From the NCBI GenBank assembly GCA_030747675.1, contig JASLKH010000008.1:1-51242 (forward strand): a stretch of 51,242 nt of DNA. The letters run 5' to 3'. Below the pieces are notes generated by a model that saw nothing but the letters and a program-made list of their open reading frames with translations, had not been told where the DNA came from and ran no database searches. This document shows, piece after piece, positions 34,610-44,572 of this stretch (the stretch's first letter is position 1; the number at the start of each line of letters is the position of its first letter). A program made the translations under genes and the position numbers. This DNA comes from Candidatus Thalassarchaeaceae archaeon. GTDB taxonomy: Archaea; Thermoplasmatota; Poseidoniia; Poseidoniales; Thalassarchaeaceae.

Positions 34610-36995
34610 TTGCATCACCTCCCTCAGTATTTAGAATTTCATCAAAATCATCGGAACCAATTTCATCACGCTTTGAGTATCTCATTGTGAAGACTGTAAT
34701 TAAGAAAATTAGCATCGGCCAAGCAAATGTAATCAAACTTGAAGTAGGTTCTGAACCCATTAGAGCAAGTTGGCTGCGTGCATAACCATACTCATCAGAA
34801 TAACCATCACCATCACCATCGGGGCACCCTTGGATGTCGATGGTTGAACGCCCAGATATTGTTTTGCAATCATCACGTATTTTTCCAATCGGATTGTCTC
34901 CAAACCCATCACCATCAATGTCGGACCATTGTACGCGATTTGTTGGAAAGGCATCACCCCAACCATCTGGGGAAGCAGGCCATTCTTCATCGGCATCAGA
35001 ATAACCATCTCCGTCTGTGTCTGGACATCCTTTACGATCAATCATTGAGACTCCACGACTGACTGGAGAATAAGGACACGCATCCGGTTGATGCCCATCA
35101 GCATTATCTCCATATCCATCCATGTCACTATCCATCCACTGAGTGGCATCATGTGAAAATCGGTCACCTTGATCAGAGAACCCATCGCCATCAGTATCTG
35201 TACATCCAAATCTGTCGCCTGAACTAGTTCCTGGAACATAGCGGCAACTATCTGCTTCAAACCCTATTGGCTCGTCACCAAATCCATCTCCATCAGAGTC
35301 TTCCCATTGTGTTGGTTCATCAGGAAATGCATCTGCTCCAGATGGTGCAGGGTGGGGCAACCAACCTAATCCAATATTTGGGTCACTCGCTCCATCTCCA
35401 TCTCGGTCAGGACAGCCCCAGCGATCATAGGTACTTGACCCAGGTGTAGCTGGGCATGAATCAGGTTCCCACGATGATGTGCTTTGATTGTCGCCAAAAC
35501 CATCACCATCAACATCATGCCATTGAGTGAAACATAGGGGTCCACAATCTGCAGTAGGTCCCCCTGGGAATGCATCAGCAAATCCATTTGGATGCGCAGG
35601 CCAATCAGAACTAGGGTTTGACCAACCATCCCCATCAAAATCAGGACAACCAAATCGGTCATTTTCTGAAGAACCGGGGGTTTGTTGGCAATAATCAGCA
35701 CGATTGCCACTAGCGTTATCTCCGAAACCATCTCTATCAAAATCAGCCCACTGAGTGGGGTCGTTTGTGAAATTATCCGCTTGATAGGCGCCAGCTACGT
35801 CTTCTTCCTTATTGTCTCCATATCCATCATCATCTGAGTCCCACCACTGGGTGGGATTGTATGGAAAAGCATCGGGATTACGGCCACTTTGATTATCTCC
35901 CCAACCATCTAAATCACGATCTGAGTGTTGTGTTTCATCAAATTCAAATGCATCGGCATCATCAAATTCTGACGTCCAATTTTCATCTGGATTCGACCAA
36001 CCATCATAATCAGTATCAGGACAGCCAATTCGATCATTCATTGATTCCCCGAATGTTGCAGGGCAATAGTCAGGAGTTGTTGCACCTTCAAAGAATATAC
36101 CAATTCCGATTGCCTCATGGGAATCATTCCAATCGGTATTGTGCCAATTGTCTCCATATCCATCTAAGTCATAGTCCCCCCATTGGGTTGCATCTTCCCA
36201 AAAAGCATCGGCTCCATGTTCAATTTTCCACACAGGCCCCCATTCTCCCCAATTATCTGGGTCAGACCAACCATCGTTGTCGCGATCTGGGCAACCTAGG
36301 CGATCTTCGATCGAGTCACCCCATTCAAGGGCACAACTATCTGGATTGATTCCATTCCCATTATCACCAAATCCATCTTGATCTTGGTCAGCCCATTGAG
36401 TGGGTTCGTTGGGAAAAAGATCTCCAGAATCGGACCAGCCATCACCATCTGCATCAACGCATCCCGTATAATCTTCAGTTGATGTGCCTGCAATCTGTGG
36501 GCAGTCATCATCGTCATCGAAATGACCATCAAAATCTGTATCTCGCTCATCCTTGTCAATATTGACAGCAACACTGTAATCGAAATCATCTGAGAACCAA
36601 GAGTCCTCTGAGATGATTTCTATGTACACAAATCCAAATGGCCCTGAATGGCTGATGTAGTATGTAGCGCTGCTGTATGTGGTGTGGGTTCCACCATCTT
36701 GGGTTTGGTTATCCCAATAGAGTTTGATTCGAGGCTCACAGCCACCGTCCCAAGCAGTACAAGAAATACTCACTGCGAAACCTACTGTATCGCCGTTAAC
36801 CACTGCGACCTTCATGAAATCACGGCGATCACCGTCATAGTTGACCGAGCCACTAGCAGATGTCCCGTCGTTAATTTGATCTGCACCTGCAATCGAATCG
36901 TTTGCCTCAGCACTAACGACGGGAATCATGGCGAATAATACCACGATTAAAACAGTGCGAACGGCATTGGCTCGGACAAGATTGGTAAGGCCCAT
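34602..36995 (-). CDS. Surface protein composed largely of thrombospondin type 3-like (DxDxDG) calcium repeats
   Basis: Signal peptide, PPC-like N-domain, many D.FP..PTQW.D.DGDG.GDN and D.CP...G.S..DR.GCPD.DGDG.SD repeats, C-terminal TM + KR. Confidence 0.88.
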   Translation of the reverse strand: MGLTNLVRANAVRTVLIVVLFAMIPVVSAEANDSIAGADQINDGTSASGSVNYDGDRRDFMKVAVVNGDTVGFAVSISCTAWDGGCEPRIKLYWDNQTQDGGTHTTYSSATYYISHSGPFGFVYIEIISEDSWFSDDFDYSVAVNIDKDERDTDFDGHFDDDDDCPQIAGTSTEDYTGCVDADGDGWSDSGDLFPNEPTQWADQDQDGFGDNGNGINPDSCALEWGDSIEDRLGCPDRDNDGWSDPDNWGEWGPVWKIEHGADAFWEDATQWGDYDLDGYGDNWHNTDWNDSHEAIGIGIFFEGATTPDYCPATFGESMNDRIGCPDTDYDGWSNPDENWTSEFDDADAFEFDETQHSDRDLDGWGDNQSGRNPDAFPYNPTQWWDSDDDGYGDNKEEDVAGAYQADNFTNDPTQWADFDRDGFGDNASGNRADYCQQTPGSSENDRFGCPDFDGDGWSNPSSDWPAHPNGFADAFPGGPTADCGPLCFTQWHDVDGDGFGDNQSTSSWEPDSCPATPGSSTYDRWGCPDRDGDGASDPNIGLGWLPHPAPSGADAFPDEPTQWEDSDGDGFGDEPIGFEADSCRYVPGTSSGDRFGCTDTDGDGFSDQGDRFSHDATQWMDSDMDGYGDNADGHQPDACPYSPVSRGVSMIDRKGCPDTDGDGYSDADEEWPASPDGWGDAFPTNRVQWSDIDGDGFGDNPIGKIRDDCKTISGRSTIDIQGCPDGDGDGYSDEYGYARSQLALMGSEPTSSLITFAWPMLIFLITVFTMRYSKRDEIGSDDFDEILNTEGGDANA

Positions 36996-37073
36996 CAAAT
37001 ACCGTAGGCACCCGTATATGTAATATTATTACCCCTTAGTATAATTGGTGTTGATTTGCCAATATTGATGAAA

Positions 37074-37820
37074 TTAAAGTTCAGTATTTTCATCAGGTCC
37101 CCATTCGGAACGAGTTCGATTGAGACCAATTCTTTTTGCAAAAAGGAATCGGAAATTGAGGAATCCATCTCCCCATGTATTGATTTCAGCATCACCGACT
37201 CTGATTCGATAAGGAACACTAACTTCAACAGCCTTTTTCCGGCCAAAACATCGGCGTGCATTGATTTTCATTTCTTCAGATAATGGCATTCCATCGTGAG
37301 TAGGGCGCATCTTTGGATTTTCCATAATTTCTTTTCTGAAAACCCACATACCACTCTGTGAGTCATGTATTCCATACCAGAATAGCATTCGTGCAGTGAA
37401 AGAAAGGCCCCAGTTCCCAAAACCATGCAATCCGGACATGGCACCTTTCTCTGCTCTCCGAAGTCGATCACAAGTGATGAATTTCAAATCTTCTTCGACA
37501 AGTTTCCGCACAAGTCCTGGAACTTCTTCACCAGGATATGTACAATCGGCATCTAGAGTAACAATAATGTCTCCAGGTGCGATTGCAAACCCGGTTCTAT
37601 ATGCTCTCCCGTACCCTTTCCGGGGTTCCATTACAACCCAAGCACCTTCTTCGGCAGCAAGTTCCCTGGTTCGGTCTGAAGAATTACCATCGACAATCAA
37701 GAAATCGAGTTTTTCACACCAACCATCATTTGGAATAGAACGGATTGTATCTACAATAGCCGCTTCTTCATTTCGTGTCGGAATGACGACAGTCACGTGA
37801 ACTGGAAGTATGTCTGACAT
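37074..37820 (-). CDS. GT2 glycosyltransferase, dolichol-phosphate hexosyltransferase-like
   Basis: VVIPTRNEE, IVDGNSSDRT, KGYGRAY, TLDADCTYP, HDSQSG, VPYRIRVG. Confidence 0.92.
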   Translation of the reverse strand: MSDILPVHVTVVIPTRNEEAAIVDTIRSIPNDGWCEKLDFLIVDGNSSDRTRELAAEEGAWVVMEPRKGYGRAYRTGFAIAPGDIIVTLDADCTYPGEEVPGLVRKLVEEDLKFITCDRLRRAEKGAMSGLHGFGNWGLSFTARMLFWYGIHDSQSGMWVFRKEIMENPKMRPTHDGMPLSEEMKINARRCFGRKKAVEVSVPYRIRVGDAEINTWGDGFLNFRFLFAKRIGLNRTRSEWGPDENTEL

Positions 37821-37928
37821 GTTGCTCCCCTTTGTCCGAGAGCAATGGGTGTTTTGAATGCAACCATAGGTAGCGCGTGGTGGATTCCTTCAAAATAGAG
37901 GGCCCTACAGGCTCAAGTGGTTACAACC

Positions 37929-39200
37929 ATGCACATTGCGATGTTATCTGGTGAATACCCTCCCAGGTGGGGTGGAATGGGTTCTACAGTATTCCATCTT
38001 TCAGGCGCGTTGGTTCGAATGGGTCATCGAGTAACAGTCATCACTCGTAGAGACAAAAATGCTCAACGAAATCCAAAAATAATTCCAGAGCAGGAAGGTG
38101 TAAATGTTCGCCATGTCAAATGGTTACCCCTTCCAATGGCATTCACAGTGTCTTATGGAAAATCGGCCCTTCGGGAGTTGTTGAGAGTACATGAAAAAGA
38201 TCCAGTAGATGCAGTTCACGTCCATGCCCCGATGATTAGTTGGACAGAAAAGCAGTATAGTTTGGTCAAGGAGAAAGTAGGTCCAGTAATCACTAGTCTC
38301 CATGGGTCTTGGCTGGGAGAGAGAGATGGTATGATTCGTGCTGCGAAGCACGGTGAATCTGCAACTTGGAAGAACCCAAATGACCTTGCTATTCTTTTAT
38401 CCGGAAAGCATTATGCAAAATATGAGCGTGCTGCAGTTCGAGCCTCATCAATTTGTGTTGCAAATTCTGAAGCAACAAAAAAGGATTTTCAGTCAAGATA
38501 TGACCCACTTGAAGGATGGCGTTGTGAAGTAGTCCGATGGGGTGTTGATACAGATATGTTTGTACCTTTAGATCGTGACCACGAGGATACTATGCTGGCA
38601 CATGAGAAAATTCGAATGCGCTACGGGGAACCCGATGAAAAATCTCTAGCCGGTGAAAGTGATACAAAAACACCGCTAATTTTAGCAGTTGGGAGACTAG
38701 TTGCCCGAAAAGGATTCAGAACATTATTGAAATCAATGCCTGGAGTATTGAATAAGCATCCAGGCGCTCACTTGGTGATTGTTGGTAGAGGCCACATGAA
38801 ACGAACTTTAGAAAGACAAGCCAAGCGTCTTGGGGTTTCAGCATCTGTGACGATTGAGCCAGGAATGCCATTTGCAGATTTAGCTCAATTGTTTAGAAGC
38901 GCAGATATTGTCGCATACCCCTCGTATTATGAAGGTCAGGGATTAATCCCACTTGAAGCAATGGCGAGTGGTACACCTGTGGTGACTGTTGATGATGGTC
39001 CACTTCCGGAGATGGTTGACACAACGGTTGGAGGTTTGTTTAACCTTGAACGACAGAATTCGTTGGCTGAATCAATTAATTCATTACTTTCCAATCCCTC
39101 ATCAAGAGATGAAATGGCAGCAAAAGGGCGGCGGCGTGTATTAGATGAATACACATATTCTCTAAATGCTGAACGTTATGCTGGTTTTTATTCGGAATAA
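37929..39200 (+). CDS. GT4 glycosyltransferase
   Basis: EYPPRWGG, LAVGRLVARKG, ADIVAYPSYYEGQGLIPLEAMASGTPVV. Start ATG 37929 or GTG 37917. Confidence 0.93.
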   Translation: MHIAMLSGEYPPRWGGMGSTVFHLSGALVRMGHRVTVITRRDKNAQRNPKIIPEQEGVNVRHVKWLPLPMAFTVSYGKSALRELLRVHEKDPVDAVHVHAPMISWTEKQYSLVKEKVGPVITSLHGSWLGERDGMIRAAKHGESATWKNPNDLAILLSGKHYAKYERAAVRASSICVANSEATKKDFQSRYDPLEGWRCEVVRWGVDTDMFVPLDRDHEDTMLAHEKIRMRYGEPDEKSLAGESDTKTPLILAVGRLVARKGFRTLLKSMPGVLNKHPGAHLVIVGRGHMKRTLERQAKRLGVSASVTIEPGMPFADLAQLFRSADIVAYPSYYEGQGLIPLEAMASGTPVVTVDDGPLPEMVDTTVGGLFNLERQNSLAESINSLLSNPSSRDEMAAKGRRRVLDEYTYSLNAERYAGFYSE

Positions 39201-42200
39201 TCACTCAACGTCTCCAAAGTCTGACAGAGCAGGAGGTAGTTCAGCATCCATGTTTGGTTCTTCAGGAGATCCTTCATCAGCAATTGAATCAAAGTTGGTC
39301 TCATTACCTGACAAACTTGTCCCCCATGATTCGATCATTTCTAAATCAGCAGCTAATTGCTTCTTGCTTCGTAAAGTCATGAGCCCTCCTATTATTGCTA
39401 AAATTAGCATTATTCCGGCGATTGAAATAACACCTGGTGAACTGAGTATAGCAGCAATACCTGTTTCATCTCCAGATTTTTCAACTTGAATTGTTAAGGA
39501 AATAATTTCAGAGGAGTATTCACCATCAGCAGCCCAAACCTCTAACTTTGCAGCGTCGGAAGATCCAATATCAGCCGTTACTTCTGCAGTGTATACATTG
39601 TCCCCCTTGCATTCTTCACAATTAGGTTCATCGCCATCTAGAAGCGTGAAGCTGAATGATTCTCCAGCTACTTTCAGAACACCGTTCACAGATCCATCTA
39701 GTTGAGTAGTCCCATCTTCATCACTAAGTTGAACTGATACTGTGAATGTGTTTGATGAATCAGCAACTAATTTATCAACATCTAAGTTTAGATTTGACAA
39801 TACTGGATCGGTTGGATTCAGAGTAACATTTACCCATGCAGTATCACTTATACCTCGTGAATCTCGAACAGTTAGAGTAAATGTATATGCTTGCGTTCTT
39901 GATCGGAACCACATAGTAAAATCGTCATCATTTGCAATTTCTATTGCTTGGCCATTTTCTATTTGATGCCAAACCCATTGAATGATATCACCATCAGCAT
40001 CATATGAACTAGTTCCATTGAAATGAATTTCTTCACCTGCAGGTAATGTGTCTCCATCTTGCATCCCTGAAATAGCCGCATGTGGTCCCGTTGGTAGAAC
40101 AATCAAAGTCTGATTAACAATTCTTGTAAGTCCAGTTGAATCTGTTGCAGTGAATGTGAGAGTATGTTCCCCTGCAACGAGATGAACATCGTTGTTATAC
40201 CAATAACCGGTCGTACCATTTTCTACAATTAACTCGTTAGCAAGGTTGGAACTAATATTTACCCAAAAATCATCTCCTTCAGCATCAAATGACTGTCGGA
40301 AATCAAACAGAACAGGTGCATCGCTGTAGACTTCAACTTCTGGAACAGGACTAGAAATAATTAGGACTGGGGCACTTGGAATGACATTGATTTCAATACT
40401 GTATACAGATGGTAGATTTACATTATCATCTACAGTGAAATTCAATGTTTGCAATCCTGTTGGCAAGCGCTTTGTTAACGTCCAATCAGTTCCTAATGCT
40501 CCTTCGATTAGAGATGAATCCCAACGAACAGCAATATTATCTGAATTCACAGCAATATCTTCTTTGCAGATATAATTTGATGAAATATTACTTGGGAAAT
40601 CAGTACATTTTAGATCCCAATCTCCACTTCCAAATGCCTCGAATATATGGAGAACACTAGAATCTGTGGTAAAATTTGAATGACTTGATATATTCGCAAT
40701 AGGGGCAGAATTTTCAACATTTAATGAAATTGACATTACTGACCAGACCCCTATATGCGATGCTTGATCATCGGAAAGAGAGAGTGTTAATTCATGAAGG
40801 CCATTTGGTAATCTCCCGGTCCAAATGAAATCATTTCCATCATTATCATATGGTAATTCTCCAGTTAGATCACTTTCCCATTTCATTATCATTGGGTTGC
40901 CTTCAGGATCATAGGATGCAGTTCCATCCAAGGTTACAACATGCCCCGATGTATTTCCATCTCTTGAAATTGTGAAAATAGGATGTGGTAATTCATTGAC
41001 CAACTCTATTGCATAGATGATCTCTATTGGTGTATTAACATCGTCTGTGATGGTAATGGTATAGTCAAATTGAATTACATTACTTGCAGCATCTGAGAAT
41101 GTTTCATTCCATTCAGGAGAACATGGTATTGGTGGACCTGTATCACCACTACGATATGATACATCTATTGTGCAAAGAATAGTGTCGCCCTCTGGATCAA
41201 ACGTTCCACTCATGTTGATATTCAATGCTGCAGTTCGATATAGACGCAAAGTTCCATCAAAATCAACAGATGGGTCTGTTACAATTGTTACTACAGGCGG
41301 TAAATTTCGTAATACAATATCACGGGTTTCATTCGCACAGTTACCTTGGTTGTCACAAACCTGAAGGGTAATTACATGTTCACCATCAGATAGTGAATAA
41401 GTAGAGCCACCAAGTGAATTTACAGTGAACATATCAGTTGTGCTGAACTGCCCATCAATATTACTCGTCCAAGTCCATGTTATGGGGTCATTATCGAGAT
41501 CCCATGTTTCTGTAGCATTGAATGTAACTTCTCCACCACTTGAGAATACATCATTATCTGAAGGTGTAGACCATACAATCAAAGGCGCTTGATTAGTCAA
41601 TGTGATTACACAAAAAGTAGTTTTTGAGCCCAATGTCCCATCCTCAGTAACAGTACTTGTGAAATCGGTACGCTGCCCATCGTATTCACAACCAATTGAG
41701 TGGTTAACCCAATTTCCAAGGCCATTTGAATCAGTTCTTTGGTAGAGGAAAGGTCCAAGCACAGCATTACCACTGTAGGGTAAAGTGTGTGTTTGAGCAG
41801 CATTCAATTCTGTGAATGATAGATTTACCACGGCATATGGCAATCCATGTGAGTTTTGATTCAGAGCCCACAAATCCAAAGTCCACATTTTGTCAATTTG
41901 ACTTCCAACTCCAATATTCTGTGCAAGTGAATCTAATGCTCCCGAATCAATCCAGCGCAATGTGCTTGGCAGTCCAGTTAAATCGAATATGGTTGAAGTT
42001 CCCAGTATTGAATTTGACATATTTATCGATGAATCTCGCAGATTAATTTGCCCGCTACATCCGCTTAAATCGAGGGTATCAATTTCGATATGATGTAGGT
42101 CTGTGAATTCAATACAGTTATTCCCAGTTAGAATTGTGTAGTCTAGCGAACTGGTTAAAGATACACCACTTCCATCCCATGCAATGCCATTATTTGAACC

Positions 42201-43961
42201 AATAATTGTTAGATTTGAGATATGTGCTTCAGTTTCAATTAATTGTACAAGTGGACCAGATCTATTCCCACTTGCATGTAATCCATGAATGTCAACCCAA
42301 CCGTTGAAATTCATTCCAGTGTTGTCTATATCAACAGCATAGCCATTATTGCCTGGATCAGTGACTACCAAATTATGAAATTGCAAATCAATACTATCAA
42401 TCACCCTCACTCCTCCTGAAGCGTCTTGTGTTGAGCTACAACGTGTGCATGAAACATTTTTCGAGCCCGACATCAAGTCATTCGATTTTTCAAAATATAA
42501 TCCAAACCCGAGGTCTGTAATCAGAGCAGAATTTCCATTGTTGGTACTTTCTAAATCAAAAATCTCAACATTACTTGAATCGTAAATTCTCAATCCATTT
42601 AATCCATTATTTGCAACTTTTACATCATGCAATCTAGGATGGGCTTCATGAGCATATAGGCCGACCCCAGAATTATTCTCAGCACTCCAATTGTCACCAA
42701 TCAAACTTGCCTTTGAGAGGTATATCCCATGACCGGGACTTCCAGATACATCTAATCCATGGAAATTTGAAGCCCAACTTGAACTTCGAATAAACACACC
42801 AGATTTATCATTGCTGGAAACTGCATTTGAATCTCCCGAATTTTCAACTGTTAAGTTGCGAACAATTGTGGCACTATCAATCATATATGCCTTGAATCCA
42901 TTGCATTGATTATTTTTGACCAATACGTCGGTCATGTCTACACCGGTTGTATTCAACCCAATAGCATAATTGCAAATCCCCGAAGTCTTTGCATTAGGAC
43001 CACCAGTTCCGGTAACTGTAAGATTTTCAAAAATAGCATTCAGAGGTGAATTAAAATTTGAGCGATTATCCTGTTCTACATTGACTCCACGATACATGCT
43101 ATTCGAAACTGTCACTTCTCTGAATGTAGGTCGAGTTGTGGCTCCAGTTGAATAGTGCTCAACCCATATTCCATTGTCCGTTCGGTCAATTGTAACATTA
43201 TCGAACAGCCCAAGAGAATCTTCAACCCAGACCCCTGCAGTTTGCCAACCCTGATTTCCGATATGAGTAATATTTGAAATCGCAACATCTCTAAAATAGC
43301 CATCAGAATCACCCCATAGATTGATTCCACGCGTTGTTAAACCATCAATTGTGGCTCCAAGAATGATAGGGCGGCTAGAAACTCCTGCTGAAATTGCAAT
43401 ACCTGATCTAGCATTCGATGCAAGTCCTGCTACATCCTGACCACCATCTTGTACAGTTAGCCGTTGGATAACAGGTTCTGCATTGTCATACATGTCGATT
43501 CCGACATAATCTGGATTGTCTAGGTAAACATCGTTTAGTGAGGGGTTACTATCATAAATTGTAAATCCAAATTCTGCATCTTCCATAATTAAATGTTGAA
43601 TCGAACTTCCTCTATTTCGACTTGTAGCATTGAATTGAATGCCTTCATGAGCAATACCCGTTGATGAACTCGCAAATACAACTGGATTAGAAGCGGTACC
43701 AGTAATATCTAATTCTCCTTCAACAAATATTCGCAAATCATCATTCATGAAAACTGTTGAACCTGCATCGATAACTAGTGTATCACCTGCTGCAACTGTA
43801 TAGTGTGATGTAAGGACTCTAGTACCAGTCCAAGTTGTAGTAGAACGTGACACAGTTTCATTTGATTTTGTATCCTCCAATGTAGCAGGTATGAATGGAG
43901 ATAAACTGGAAATTAGAAGTAATCCGATGAGGACCTGAACGACTCTAGCATCCCTCACCAT
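39201..43961 (-). CDS. Large surface protein: right-handed parallel beta-helix followed by PKD/Ig-like domains, C-terminal TM
   Basis: Repeated N..I.N..GI patterns; PKD-like VTLDGTASYDPEG, FNGTSSYDADGDIIQWVW, FDFRQSFDAEG; TM + RSKK. Start ATG 43961. Confidence 0.88.
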   Translation of the reverse strand: MVRDARVVQVLIGLLLISSLSPFIPATLEDTKSNETVSRSTTTWTGTRVLTSHYTVAAGDTLVIDAGSTVFMNDDLRIFVEGELDITGTASNPVVFASSSTGIAHEGIQFNATSRNRGSSIQHLIMEDAEFGFTIYDSNPSLNDVYLDNPDYVGIDMYDNAEPVIQRLTVQDGGQDVAGLASNARSGIAISAGVSSRPIILGATIDGLTTRGINLWGDSDGYFRDVAISNITHIGNQGWQTAGVWVEDSLGLFDNVTIDRTDNGIWVEHYSTGATTRPTFREVTVSNSMYRGVNVEQDNRSNFNSPLNAIFENLTVTGTGGPNAKTSGICNYAIGLNTTGVDMTDVLVKNNQCNGFKAYMIDSATIVRNLTVENSGDSNAVSSNDKSGVFIRSSSWASNFHGLDVSGSPGHGIYLSKASLIGDNWSAENNSGVGLYAHEAHPRLHDVKVANNGLNGLRIYDSSNVEIFDLESTNNGNSALITDLGFGLYFEKSNDLMSGSKNVSCTRCSSTQDASGGVRVIDSIDLQFHNLVVTDPGNNGYAVDIDNTGMNFNGWVDIHGLHASGNRSGPLVQLIETEAHISNLTIIGSNNGIAWDGSGVSLTSSLDYTILTGNNCIEFTDLHHIEIDTLDLSGCSGQINLRDSSINMSNSILGTSTIFDLTGLPSTLRWIDSGALDSLAQNIGVGSQIDKMWTLDLWALNQNSHGLPYAVVNLSFTELNAAQTHTLPYSGNAVLGPFLYQRTDSNGLGNWVNHSIGCEYDGQRTDFTSTVTEDGTLGSKTTFCVITLTNQAPLIVWSTPSDNDVFSSGGEVTFNATETWDLDNDPITWTWTSNIDGQFSTTDMFTVNSLGGSTYSLSDGEHVITLQVCDNQGNCANETRDIVLRNLPPVVTIVTDPSVDFDGTLRLYRTAALNINMSGTFDPEGDTILCTIDVSYRSGDTGPPIPCSPEWNETFSDAASNVIQFDYTITITDDVNTPIEIIYAIELVNELPHPIFTISRDGNTSGHVVTLDGTASYDPEGNPMIMKWESDLTGELPYDNDGNDFIWTGRLPNGLHELTLSLSDDQASHIGVWSVMSISLNVENSAPIANISSHSNFTTDSSVLHIFEAFGSGDWDLKCTDFPSNISSNYICKEDIAVNSDNIAVRWDSSLIEGALGTDWTLTKRLPTGLQTLNFTVDDNVNLPSVYSIEINVIPSAPVLIISSPVPEVEVYSDAPVLFDFRQSFDAEGDDFWVNISSNLANELIVENGTTGYWYNNDVHLVAGEHTLTFTATDSTGLTRIVNQTLIVLPTGPHAAISGMQDGDTLPAGEEIHFNGTSSYDADGDIIQWVWHQIENGQAIEIANDDDFTMWFRSRTQAYTFTLTVRDSRGISDTAWVNVTLNPTDPVLSNLNLDVDKLVADSSNTFTVSVQLSDEDGTTQLDGSVNGVLKVAGESFSFTLLDGDEPNCEECKGDNVYTAEVTADIGSSDAAKLEVWAADGEYSSEIISLTIQVEKSGDETGIAAILSSPGVISIAGIMLILAIIGGLMTLRSKKQLAADLEMIESWGTSLSGNETNFDSIADEGSPEEPNMDAELPPALSDFGDVE

Positions 43962-44095
43962 GCCCCTTACCGGGAACCCATTCCATTGAATCCTTTCGGC
44001 TCCCAGTCTGCCCAATTATCACGACTAAAAGTTTGATTTCATCTTGTAGGAGAGATTATGACTGGTAGGCAATGCGCGATGTTTGGAGAAGTATC

Positions 44096-44329
44096 ATGCC
44101 AACAGCATTTGTTCTTTTCAAAACAGAACCATCTATGGAGAGAGATGTTTTTTTGACCCTTTCTGGTATGGATTCAATAACAGAAACACATGCACTATAT
44201 GGCGAATATGACCTTGTTGTAAGGGTTGAAACCGAAGACTCAAAGGAATTGACAAAAATGCTAATTGGCAATCTTCGATCAATTATGGGGGTCAAGGAAA
44301 CTGAAACCTTGTTGGTTGCAGATTACTGA
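44096..44329 (+). CDS. Stand-alone Lrp/AsnC ligand-binding (RAM) domain protein, no HTH
   Basis: AFVLF...LYGEYDLVVRV...GVKETETL; 77 aa from ATG 44096. Confidence 0.88.
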   Translation: MPTAFVLFKTEPSMERDVFLTLSGMDSITETHALYGEYDLVVRVETEDSKELTKMLIGNLRSIMGVKETETLLVADY

Positions 44330-44338
44330 GGTGGGAAT

Positions 44339-44572
44339 ATGGCCGTTGGATTTATTTTAATTACAACAAAACCAGGATTTGAGAATTCAGTGCGGGATGC
44401 ACTTTCCAATGTAGAATTGGTCACAGGTCGGTGGTCAGTGTTTGGTGAGTACGATATTTTCGTAAAAATTGAGGCAGCCGACGAGGGCGATTTAACTCGA
44501 TGTATTATTGAAGATGTCCGTAGTATCAAAGGAATCGTCGATACTCGTACTTTGATTGGTGCTGAAGTTTGA
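44339..44572 (+). CDS. Stand-alone Lrp/AsnC ligand-binding (RAM) domain protein, no HTH
   Basis: GFILI...VFGEYDIFVKI...GIVDTRTL; 77 aa; paralogous to the preceding gene. Confidence 0.88.
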   Translation: MAVGFILITTKPGFENSVRDALSNVELVTGRWSVFGEYDIFVKIEAADEGDLTRCIIEDVRSIKGIVDTRTLIGAEV

